Shown piece after piece: positions 1-13,716 of a stretch of DNA of 64,000 nucleotides (position 1 is the first letter of the stretch; every line of letters begins with the position of its first letter). The notes under the pieces were generated by a model, which did not search any database, was not told where the DNA came from, and saw nothing but the letters and a program-made list of their open reading frames with translations. Source of the DNA: the human T2T-CHM13v2.0 reference genome, Homo sapiens; assembly GCF_009914755.1 (NCBI RefSeq), contig NC_060936.1; one strand, 5' to 3'. The position numbers were made by a program, and so were the translations under genes.

Positions 1-459
1 GTCTTCCTTTACCCCATGAGAGCTAGAGTATCCTGGGCTAGAGCATCCACCTCTTCATGTCCCTTTGAAATGAGGACAGGAGCTGCCAGTCACAGCGGCT
101 GCACTAACACTCTCAGGTCTGTGCAAACTCCATTTGTCCCAGCAGGCACTTTGCTGAGACTCTCAACTGTGATTGTAGTATATAAGTGGAGTGGAGGTGT
201 TACATTTACTGAGTTATGTAGAGAAATACTTTTATCACAGAGCCAGAAGTTCTTTGTAGACAGAAACTTACAAGATACCACTGAAGTGACCCACCTGAGC
301 TAAATCCGTTGTCTGGAACTACCACTATACGGTGACTCCATGTAAATTAGAGATAGGTACCCAGTCCTCATATGTCAGAAAATTGTCACAATACATTGGT
401 TTTGTTGGTACAAGACCGTGCCTCCAATCTGCTGGAACATGGTTGTCATAAACTTAACT

Positions 460-1860
460 ACCTACGATGTCTGTGTTATCCATGCCACAGCCTCCCCTGG
501 GCTTGTATAGTGCACAGCCTACCCATACATGCTCATCCTGCCAGCGATAGAATTGGTGACTGAGCCACAGTCCCCATTCCCTGGAGAGGCTTGGCTTCAT
601 TTATTTGCCATGTTTGCACTTCAGACCTTTTTATCACACTCCAGCTGCAGTTCCCCATGAGCCTGTCCTGTAGTGTAGGACAGTCACGGGATCCCCTGAA
701 GTATGTGGCCAGATAGCCACCCCCACCAGCAGATGGCTTCTGGCAGCAGCTGTTCCTCCTCACGTGTCTTCATTTTCTCCCTCGGTGCATCGTACCTTGT
801 TTGTGTCCCTCCTTACTGGAGAGCTTGTTTGAGTGCCCCTGGCCACTGGTGATCAATGCCGAGAGCTGCTAGGAAGGCAGTGTGTGCTGAACAGTGGATG
901 TTTCTGACATTCTTCAAGGTAGGCATAAGGAATTGAAGGGCCCACTGGGCCCTGCAGGCCATGTGAAGGAGTAAAGCTGGCTGAGTGGGTCTCATTACAG
1001 GAGCATTCTGTTTGCGTGCTAGACATATAGAAATAATCTCCACTTCTGCGCCCTCCTGTTCTTGAAACAGCCCTCTTGGTCTGTGTAGCTCTACTTGAGA
1101 AAAATAGCCCCCACGAGTGAGTTGATAAATGGCAACTGACACCCAGCCTCAGTGTTGGGGAGCAGTTGGAAGCACGTGCCTCCCCAGAAGAGGCCACCGC
1201 CACTCAGCTCCTCCAGACCTGCCATGTGACGAGGTGGGCTCCATAACGCTCTTGAGTTTTTAAGAGAAGGCCAAAATTCAGATCTTCCATGTTGTGAACT
1301 AATTGAACTCTGTAAAGTGCCTAGAAAGTCAGATAACACCTGTCTTTCCACCAAATTCAACCTGTGGGCCACCCATTTGCAACCTCTGCTTTTGATTCAG
1401 AAAAAGCCCAATTGTGTGGTAGGGACTCCCTTTCTAGCACTTCCCTCTGCAGACCCAGATGCATCTCCCTTGTCTCTAGAAATCCTCAGCCCCACTACCC
1501 ATCACGCCTACCCAGACGTGGCCAGCACCCACCCATGGGAAGAGTCTGGGGTGGTATAGATTGCAGTATCTCCTGAGAGTGGCAGAATCCGACTCCCTTC
1601 ACAAATATCATTGCTTATTGGAAATTCACTTGACATCCCAGTTACTCTGGCCCTACTTTTTAAAGCATATCCCTCAGGGATGGCAAAAGAGATGTCTGTC
1701 TTAGGCTTTAGGCAAAGTCCCTTTTCCTCTTTACTTTCCACTGGAGAAGGGGAGAGGGTTGTTCATTGTTATCCCAGTTGTCGTAATCTGGTGGCTTGGT
1801 TATTAGAATATGAGAGCCCAGGGGCCTTTGCTGGATTTGGACACAAGGGGGCGTCAGTAA
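460..1860 (-). mobile_element. Possible highly decayed LTR-retroelement pol (RT/RNase H) relic
   Basis: Motif-like remnants in pol order and spacing (see findings); no intact ORF. Confidence 0.4.
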
Positions 1861-3654
1861 GCTGATCTCAGACTCATGCTCTCCTGGGCATTGTTTCCTT
1901 TTTTATGGTTAGTATTGAGGGCTATGCTTCTCTATTAGGCTTCCAGATATTAAAGTCCTGTAGGAAGGCTCTTCTTCCCAGAGGGTGAGTTTGGGCTGGA
2001 ACTCTAGTATTCAGAACCGGAAGGATCCTCAAACATACTCTTACCCAGTCCTTTCCCCTGTCTCTGTCAAAGGCAGAACTGAGGCCAGAGAACTTCAGTC
2101 AAGGTCACTTGGATATCAGTGATAGAGCTGGGCCTGGAAGCCAGGCATCCCTTTTCTAGCTCAGTATTCCCTGTGTGTGCATGTTGAGATGCAGTGAAGA
2201 AGAGGAACGCTGACTCACATTCACCTCCCAAGAGGCATGGATATAATCCTCGCATATCCACGCCAGTTCCCAGAAGGCAGGAAATGTATCACAAGAGGCA
2301 GTCCCCTCTAAACGTTTAAACAAAGAGGCTGGTGTGGAGCTGATCAAGCAAGACTGAGATTTGAATCCAGTAAACGCTCCTTGAGCTAGGCCATGTGCCA
2401 CTTGCTTTCACATGTACCATCCCATTTCATCCACATAACCACAAACGCATCTACTAATGCGTGTGAAGGCTGGGGAGGCATAATTTTAAAGCAGGTTGGA
2501 GGAACTCCTGCAGGCAGACAGGAACTTGATGGAATTCTCCATCCGTTCTCATCTCAGTGCCAAGATAATTATCTTAAATTTAGGCAGAATGGTTTAAATG
2601 CTGTTACAGCTGCCTGTTGACTTCCTGTTTCTCCCTTTTGTCATCTAACTTAATGATTCTCAAACTTTATGTACATAAAAAGTCCTTCTCAGGTTTGCCT
2701 CCACAAAACTGTGCTCCTGTTCCCACATGTGACTTAGGGGTCTTGAGAGGTAATTTTCCCTTGCCCACTAACTTTGAAGCCTAACCCCTGAATAAGATTC
2801 AGGGGCACCATAGGATAGTCCTTTGGGGATCACTGGGTGAACATGGCAGGAAGGCAGCAAGGGTTCCCCAAAACAGGTCTCGCCACACTGGCATACTGCT
2901 CGTTTGCTTTGTGATGAGGGGACCAGACGGCAGCCGAGTGGATGCTGTGGAGACAGCCTGTCTAACCTGCGAAGCATGTGACAGTGTTACAGTTGTAGCT
3001 GAAAGGGAGAAATGTGGCATGGCCTTCATAGGACAGCAGGGTTGATTGGTCACTTGTTCCATCACAGTGTCTGAAGACATCAGTTTCACCTGGTGATTGG
3101 GCCTCTCAAGTCGGGCCAACAGACTCTTCCCTGGGCCCTGTGCTGTTCAGCACTGTTTTTATAGTCACTGCTCTGAAATAAAAACCTCAGCACCCCAAGT
3201 ACTAGGAATGCATTAGATGATGGAACCAGAAGCCAGGAAGGCCTCAACAGATTAGAATCAAGAGACAAACTAAACAGATGATTTAGTAGGAGAACTCCAA
3301 AGTTGTGGTTCTGGGGCTGTGCATGTTGAGGTCTGGATGGAGTAGATGTGCTGAATGGCTGTGTCCTAACAGAGCTGACCACCAGCCAGAAGTCCAGGCC
3401 CAGCACCACCCCCACATCTCGGTCTCTGCTCCCTGCGTTGATCCCTGCCATCCACCTGCTCTGCTGCCAATAGAAAGATCTGACAGAAAGTCAGCCCTGT
3501 TACTCTTTGCCTAAAACCTTCTGCAGCTCCCATTACCTTCAGGATGTCCCCTAAATTCCTCAGCATGACTTGCAGGCACTTCATGATTGGGAAGGCAGCG
3601 GGAGATGAGGGGTGATGGGTAATTCTTTTCATTTTACAGTGTTCTGTAGGTTTG

Positions 3655-3684
3655 ATTTTTTTTTTTTTCTTTTTTCTTTTTTTT
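3655..3684 (+). repeat. T-rich mononucleotide tract
   Basis: About 30 nt, almost pure T. Confidence 0.9.
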
Positions 3685-4043
3685 ACCATGAGCTAAAGAT
3701 ACTCTTAGCATTGAGAGAGAGAGAAATGTATCTTGTCCCGGTTTCTTTCATCCTTTGTCTGATGGCCAGGAGCTTGTCATGACTCATTTTGTCTAACTTC
3801 CCCATCTCACTGCTCTGTCCCCTTGAGGTCAGTCTCCCCTTGCCAAGGAGTGATACTGTCACATCCCCAAATGAATCTTTGCTTTTAATCAGCACTCATT
3901 CAAAAGCAGGTGAGAACGGCTCCTGTCATGCATCCACGTTTCATAATTTGCACATTTGGTAATGATGCTGGGAGAGCTTCGCACAGAGGAGAGGGAACCC
4001 CGAATTGTGTGCATAAGGCTTTGGGCTTCCTAATGGGCTGTAA

Positions 4044-4316
<273 letters not shown>

Positions 4317-4351
4317 TGACCTCTGCCTCTCCCCGTCTTTTTGCCTTGCAG

Positions 4352-4462
4352 ACAACCAGTGGGGATGAGAGGCTGTACCCCTCACCCACATCCTACATCC
4401 ATGAGAATTACCTGCAGCTCTTCGAGTTTGTGGGGAAGATGCTGGGGAAGGCTGTGTATGAG
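4352..4462 (+). CDS. UBE3B: UBE3B coding exon ([37 protein letters not shown])
   Basis: ttgcag|ACA, GAG|gtagg; 111 nt; HECT motif F-F-GK-LGKA-Y. Confidence 0.97.
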
Positions 4463-4609
4463 GTAGGAACGTTAAGAAACAGAGAAATGTAAAATAAAAT
4501 GTTAACGGTACCATGGGCTTCTTCACATACACATATGTGATCAGGCTTGGCCATGTAAACTGTCACTAGGATACAAGCGAGGACAGGGGCAGGAACCAAG
4601 GTTTGTTGT

Positions 4610-4800
4610 ACACCAGTGCTAGGTACTTTGCCTGTGGCATCTCATCTCATCCCATCGACAGCCCTGTGACGGGGCTGCCACTGTCCTGGCTATTTAAGGA
4701 TGGGAGACCTGAAGCTTTGAGGAGTCACCTGTCCAGAGTTTCGTTGCTAGTTAAGTGGTAGAGGTGGAATTTGAACCCAGGCCGGCCCAAGTCCTAAGGC
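4610..4800 (-). mobile_element. MIR SINE relic (one of roughly 20 MIR-like fragments; others near 2070, 5700, 21300, 24250, 28450, 30150, 34000-34700, 35700-36000, 43150, 50100, 54950, 57400, 58200, 61300, 62400)
   Basis: MIR-core-like motifs such as gaaactgagg...ttgcccaagg...ggatttgaacccagg. Confidence 0.65.
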
Positions 4801-6732
4801 CAGCCCTCTTCTTTCCTGAGGCATGAGGAGTGGTGTGCAGAGCCAGATGGCCACACGGAGGCTGGGTCCCCGTTGTAGGAGGGCAGCATTTTGTGGAGTT
4901 TGATAGTTTTAAAATCTTGTGTTGTTTGAGTGAGTGCTTCCCAGCCATGGCAACAGGACAGGACCAGCTGTTCCTAGTCAGCCGTGTGACCATGTGCCTT
5001 CAAGTTTCTTTAGTTTTTAAGCCGTGTTCTCGCATCAGTAAAGTGGAGATAAGAAAAGCCACATTCCTGGGTTGCCGTTAATGGTAAGTGAGGAGGGCCT
5101 TCTACGGTGCCCAGCCAGCTGCTCACACCAGGTGGATCGGAGCAGTCATCCTCACCTTACTAAGAGGAAGTGAGTCTGGGTTTCCACTCTGTGGCCTGAT
5201 GGGGTCAGGGTGATGTGGCCCACACAGCTCCTGTCCATTGAAACCCCGTCCATTGAAAGCCAAGGTGGGACCACCTTCAGTGGGAAGTCACCGCCTGTTC
5301 CTTGGGAGAGTCCTGTTTCCCAGGAGGAAGGAAAGCTGCAGCACAAGCCCAGCCAGTCTGTGTGGCCTTCGCAGTGGGCTCCAGAGCTGCAGGGACCCTG
5401 CCTGGGTCTCAGGCTCTGCTGAGCTTCTGGCCCAAGCACGGAGGAAGCGAGCCACCTGGGCAGCACTCCTCGCATACCCCAGGAACCTGGAGAAGCCAGA
5501 TGCTTTCCAAACAGAAAGAGCCAGCAGCTGGGCCAAGCTGAGAGGGAGGTCTCAGGGCCAAACTCCTTTCACTCTCGAATAATCCATTGTTCTCTCTGTC
5601 TGGAAACAGTCTATGTGCACCGGCCTCAGTCCCTGGCCATGATGGAATCAGGTGGCCCATCTGAGCCCCTGCCCAAACACCATCCAGTCTTCCTTGTGCC
5701 CTCCAGTGATTTGGGTCCTGGGCCCATTCTCTGTGCCTCTGTTTCCTCATCTGCATAATAGAAACAATTTCTCAGTTGATTTCCATTGAAAAAGTTAAAA
5801 ATCCCATTAGGACCCACCCGAGCACATGGCATATGTTTTCCTTTAAACACGTTGCTGTGATGACACTCAGAAGAGCCTGGGCCACCTGGAAAGCATGGCC
5901 TCCTGGCTTCTCTGAATGTCATGCCATTTCCCAGGCCTCGCCTCTGTGTCCTTTCCCTCCCTCACCTCTGACAGTAATTGTGCTGACGAGAGAAGATGGG
6001 ACCTGCTAGGCCCTGCATGAGGAGTGGCATGGATTAACTCATTTACCCCTTACGGTCCTCTGACAGGCGTCATCAAGTCCGAGTGACTGTCCCCTCTCAG
6101 CCTCTCCAGTCCACATGTCTCTCTCCACCCTCCTGCCGCTACCCTGGCACAGTCTGTCGGCGTTTTCCCCTGGCAGCATGCCACAGCCGTCTGGCTGTGT
6201 CTGCCTCCTGTCTTCCTCTCGCCAGCCCATTCCCCACATAAAAGTGCAGCTCTGTCCCTTCCCTGCTCAGAGCCCTCTGGACAGAATCCAGCCTGCAGCA
6301 AGGCTTACGGGCCCTCCCTGACCTGGCCCTGCATCCTCATTGGACATAGCTTCCATTGCTTCCGTGCCCTCCATCCCTGGAGTATGCCTGGGGCCTCGTA
6401 CCAGTGCCTGGCTGGCTCCTTTAGGCCTCACTTAGCTGGCTTTTCCTCCCGGAAGCTCCCCAACTCTGCCTTTGGGGGAGAGCTTATCCTCTGTGCTCCT
6501 CTGGCCCCTGCCAATGCCATGGCTGCCCTGAGAGCTTGGGGGTGCTGGTACTGTGCACGTTCCATCCTCTTAACTGAGAGGCTGGTGCTGCCCCCCACTG
6601 ACAGGTGAGACAGCTGAGGGCCCCTGGCTTGGCAGCAGCCCAGCTAGGATTTAATCCCTGAGCACTGTAGCTCCAAACCATGTGTCCTGACCACTGCGCT
6701 GTCCCCAGGAGGCACTCAGTTGTATTTGGTAG

Positions 6733-7050
<318 letters not shown>

Positions 7051-7348
7051 TAAGCCGAGCACTGGTGTGAACTCACAGCTTGCGAAGTCCCAGAAGGAGA
7101 TGGCCTGTCCTCTCTTATTGCTGTTGCTGTAGCTGCTACAGGCCCCTCACATCCCCCTGTGGGCAGTCCCACTTGGGGCTGATCCTCACAACCTCCTTCC
7201 TCAAAGTCACGAATGACTTTCTTTGCGTCAAGCTGTTCAGCAGCCATGGGTGTTCCCAGCACCAAAGCAGCGCCTCAAGGGAGGGTTAAACCTCTTAAGC
7301 ACATAGTGCTCCATGGCCCTAACACTTTCCCCTTCTCTGTTACATTAG

Positions 7349-7414
7349 CGCTATGATGGGGACATCACTGACCTGGGCCTGACGCTGTCTTACGACGAGG
7401 ACGTCATGGGTCAG
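7349..7414 (+). CDS. UBE3B: UBE3B coding exon (RYDGDITDLGLTLSYDEDVMGQ)
   Basis: cattag|CGC, CAG|gtagg; 66 nt in frame. Confidence 0.95.
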
Positions 7415-8638
7415 GTAGGTCCGCCCTTTGGCTGAGCTCCCTTTCCACTGCCCCCATGGGCTCCTGAGACCTGCCGTGTTATTTGTTTTCCTCAGAAAGA
7501 GCCCCAAGCTGAGGCTCTGTCTGGTCCCTTGTCCTCCCCACCCCTCGCCCATCCTCCTCCCCTCTTGCCAGGAGGGAGGGCCCCCTCCTTTCCTTCCCAG
7601 TTGACCTGGCCTTTGAAGCTTCCCGCAGAGACCCTGCTTTCTTATATCGCATTTTAGGGTAATTCCCCATTTGTAACATGGCTTTTCGTTACCATGGTGA
7701 GGATTAGCCGTTACAAATGGAGGATTATGTCTTAGAGAAGGGGAAGATGCCACCTGAGAAGCGCCTCAAGCTCAAGCAGAAGCCTGTCCTTGTTCATTCT
7801 CAGCATACAGAGCAGAGCAGGGAGCAGAGACCCTGGTCTCAGGGCCGCAGCACGTCTCCTCCCACGGTTCCTTCTGGCTTTTCTCTGTAGCAGCCTCCGC
7901 CCCCTTTGATTGTGTCCTGGTGGAGGTCCCTGCATGAGGCTCTGGGAGTGCAGGTCCAAGGGCCGCTCAGGAGAAACCACGCCATGAGCTTCTTAATGCA
8001 GAGCCGACTTATTAGACTCGCGCTTGGGCACCTCAGAACCCCCAGTCTCCCTGAGCCACACTTTCCATATCCATTTGCCAGATGCGAGTCCTGGATGGGC
8101 CCAGTCTGTAAGCACCGCTGGGAGCCCTGCGTGGCCTGTCCTCCTGAAAGGCCCCTGGGCAGGCTGGCACGTGAAGGCTCTGAGAAGCCTGTAAGGAGGA
8201 AACCAAAGTGGAGCTGAGTTAATCTCAAGCTTCCCTACATCCTGGGACACAGAACTCTTCTTTGAAGGAAGGAAAGAATGCTGTCTCGCAGGATCGTTCT
8301 CTACAGAATAGCTCACGGGCAGGGTGTTCCTGGAATCAGGGGAAACCTCAGGCTGGCTGATTCTTAAGGGCCCTTTCAGCTTTAAAACCCACTGGTGCCA
8401 CCTGAGATGCTGACAGCAGTGGGACTGGGATCAGTGTGTTCCTTTCTAGAGCTGTAGGGTTATAGAATCTTCACAGAATTTCTATTAAAATTGGCTTCAA
8501 ATGATATGTCCTTTGATTTTTAGGTGATCCACGGAAGTGTTCTTGAAGTTGAAAGAAGCAGTTGATTTTACAGAGTTTAAAATAAATCTATAATCAGATG
8601 TTGAGGCTTTATCCTGACATAATTTTTCTCCCGACTAT

Positions 8639-8752
8639 AAAGATAATGAAACTTCTAACAAAAAAAAATTAGCTCTAATATGAGCAAAAGATGAAAAGAT
8701 AATGAAACTTCTAACAAAAAAAATTAGCTCTAATATGAGCAAAAGATGAAAA
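8639..8752 (+). repeat. Tandem duplication, 56/55-bp unit x2
   Basis: AAAGATAATGAAACTTCTAAC(A)9/8TTAGCTCTAATATGAGCAAAAGATGA repeated exactly except for A-run length. Confidence 0.97.
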
Positions 8753-9268
8753 CGCAAGCTGCCCGTAATGCCAGTGCCCACAGGGTGCCCGTGATAGTGT
8801 GTTACCTGCGTCCCTTGAGACTCTTTCCCGAGTCTCCCTTTCCAGAAATGATGCCATTCTGTGCATGTTGTTACATCAGTGGCCTTTTTTCACCTTTTTA
8901 GTAAACGCACATTTTCATCATATTGTTTAGTACCTGCACAGTATTCCAGGGTATGGATGTACCAGTGTTTATTTAACCGTCCTACTCTACTCCGAAATGC
9001 CAACACGTTCCCCTCCATGACATCCCGAAGTCTTAATACAAATGTTTGAACAAGGATTGGGTGAGAAAAAAACCTTTTGTATTGATCATGCAGGGTCTGC
9101 TTGTTGATATTTCAGCCTTGACTTTTTATGAGAAAGGATGGTTCCCAAGCATGTGCCATCTTAATTCCATCATTATCATGGATGTTTGTGCTGGGCCCTC
9201 TCATCTCCGGGAAGCTTTATTTCCCCATTAGAGTCCTCCCTATTAATTACTCCCATCTTCTCCCCCAG

Positions 9269-9327
9269 CTTGTTTGCCATGAACTGATTCCTGGAGGGAA
9301 GACCATTCCTGTTACAAATGAAAATAA
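9269..9327 (+). CDS. UBE3B: UBE3B coding exon ([20 protein letters not shown])
   Basis: ccccag|CTT, AA|gtgagt; 59 nt; HECT motif EL-PGG--I-VT-EN. Confidence 0.96.
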
Positions 9328-9501
9328 GTGAGTATAGCAATTAGGTTTTTAAGGTCACCACTTGAAAAGACTTCATTCTGGCTCTCTGCGCTTATGTTGA
9401 GAATTTATTAAGATAGATTGAAGTAGAAAGAGGCCATAAATATCATAATGGAATTTACTGGTTACAGTTCATAGGCCAGAATTGTATTAAATTCAATTTG
9501 C

Positions 9502-9886
<385 letters not shown>

Positions 9887-11482
9887 TTAATAACGGCCCT
9901 AGATGCTGACAGATGGATTCTGAGCCATTCAGCACACTGTCCTGAACCCAGAGGGCACAGAGGTGGAAAGACACCTTGGCGGGGAGGGGCAGATCATTTT
10001 GGATGATAGCACGTGGCAGTTGTATAAAACAGTGTTCTTGAGAAGACACCGTGATGAATTCAAATGCCACAGACGGAGGTCCTTAGACATGGGAATTGGA
10101 GAGACTCTGAGGCCCAGCAACTATTGTCACAGATAAAGGGCTCTGCAGAATCTATCATAAATGTCATCCTTTTTGGTCCCTAGAAGCAAAACCTCTCAGT
10201 GCATGGTCTCCACTCGGCCCTATTGTCACCTAATTAAAACAGTGGAGCCTGGCATGAGAAGCAGACATTGGCCCCCTTGTCAGTTTATCAATCTCCCGCC
10301 GCCAGGCTCAGTTGAGCATTTGAACTGTTAATTGGAGCATCAGTCTCTTTAGTGACAAGTGAGGGCTCAGTCCCACCTGGTGAGTCATTTGAATCAGATG
10401 CACGTCGCAGTCCAGTGTTCCCAAGCATCATGTTCCTCTCGGATCAGGTGGTTCAGTCAGTCTGCAAGCTTGGGACTTTTTTATTTAGACTGTCAGAAAC
10501 GTCAGGAGAACAGACCCTGTTTTCATAATGATTGAAATACACCGGCCTTGCTCCTTGGCCACAGGGCATTAGTTTGAAAACTTAGAAGGAACAAAGTGCA
10601 GATTGGGAGGGACTGCCTGGAAGAGTAGAGAGGGCCCAGCCAGGGCCAGAGAGAGCATGGTGAGTCCTGCCCCTGCCTGCCATGTAACCTGTAGCCATTC
10701 CTTTAGGGGGGTGCTTGTAGGGCAATGTGTATAAAATACCTTCCTGGGTGTCAGGCTCAGAGGAGGGCTTAAATGACAGCAGTGATGTTTACCATCCTCA
10801 GATGGGTGACGTGTCACATGGATCCTGCCACCCCCTGAGAGGACACGCATTGCCAGGTGTTGCAGCTTGGGGGTGACAGTAGGTAGTCACTCACTCTCCC
10901 CACATAGGCACTGGCTGCTAAGTAGAGCGCCCAGAGGAGGTAGGTGGGAGCAGGCTGTGCTGGAGGGAGAGTCCTGTCCTGCTGGGAAACCTCCTATGTG
11001 GAAACTTGTTTCACAGATTCTTAGCATTTATAGCATAAAGCCTCAGGTCAGGGTAAGGATACTCAGTTCTGCATACTAACTCAAAAGGCCTAGCAGTGCC
11101 AGTTTCTCCCTCTTTAGGGGTGATACTTGATCTTGCACTTTATGAGTGTTGGATGTTTCCCATACTCTCTTCTCTCGTATCTCCCTCTCTCCTTCCCTCC
11201 CTCTCACCTCCTCCCTTCCTCTCCCCCTTTCTCAGTAAAGTGGAGCAGTACTCGTCACCTGCTTCAAAGTATACCTGGAAGGAGGAGCAATGATAGGAAA
11301 ATCGTATTTGTATGTATTAATATACAGGTTTGCTGCTGGAAAATTTTTTTAAATAGGGATATTTTTGAGATTACTAAAGCTTTAGCATTGTAAAACATTT
11401 ATTTGGACTCTACTGATTTGGAATTGGTGAGAGTCATACGTGGGCCGGGCTCAAGTTCTTTGCTAAGAAATCAGTGATGCAA

Positions 11483-12263
<781 letters not shown>

Positions 12264-12723
12264 CTAGCCCAGCTGCGTGTTTAAAGCATCTGCAGGTCCG
12301 CCTTGCCATAGCATTAGACTGTTGATCCAGATTAGCAAGGTTTTGATTAAAGTTTTGACATGAAACAATTTTTTTCTATTTTAAAACTTATTAGAGGACT
12401 GAATGGTATCTTAATTGATTTATGTCCAGAAGAATGAGATTAAATGAAAGTCCAAAAAGCACCCTTTGTACTAAGAAGGGCCCTCTTCTTACGTGGGGAA
12501 TGTCTCCTTGTGATTCCCGACATAGTGGGGGCTTACCCCGAGGTGTGACCTATGGGTTTTGGGGAGGAGTGAATGATGCAGTGCCCTCAAAGGCTTGATG
12601 TGCACACAGTGGCGTATGGTGTGCAGTTCGTGAGTGCTGTCGTCATTGTCGCCATTGTCATTGTTCTGATGAAACACTCTGGTACTATTTGTGTTTTTTG
12701 TAAAATGGTTCAGAAATGACTAG

Positions 12724-12984
<261 letters not shown>

Positions 12985-13434
12985 TAAGAGGCGGGTGGGG
13001 GGAAGGGTGAAATTCCTTGGCCTCCCAGAAAGCCAGCTGCTCCCTCGCTGGGTTCCTTTTAGAGAGTTGTTTTAGGAGCCTGTCTCCAGATCTCCTTCTC
13101 CTCCCTGGACTGGCTAGACTGCTTTGGATTAAAAGCTTGACCACTTGTCTGCCTAGAGATTAAGAAGTGGAAGCAGGCCTGAGGACTGGGGGTTCTCTGA
13201 AGCTCTAGGAGATGGGGTCAGAGGATCTGGGGCTGGCCTCTGCTTGGGAACAGCAGGGCCAGCTCTCAAATTCCCCACCCTTTTAGCTTCCCAGGGAGAT
13301 AGAGTTATTGAGGCATGAACTTCTGGCTTTAAGAGAAATTAGTAGTGTTCCCCAGGCCTGCCAGAGTGGACCGTGCCAGCTGTCTGCATGACCTGCCTGC
13401 CTGTCCATAAGTGCCCACGCTAGCACATTGCTGA

Positions 13435-13716
<282 letters not shown>

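Noticed and set aside
726-737. CTCF-like core CCAGCAGATGGC
   Set aside because: A single partial motif match; cannot be supported without ChIP data
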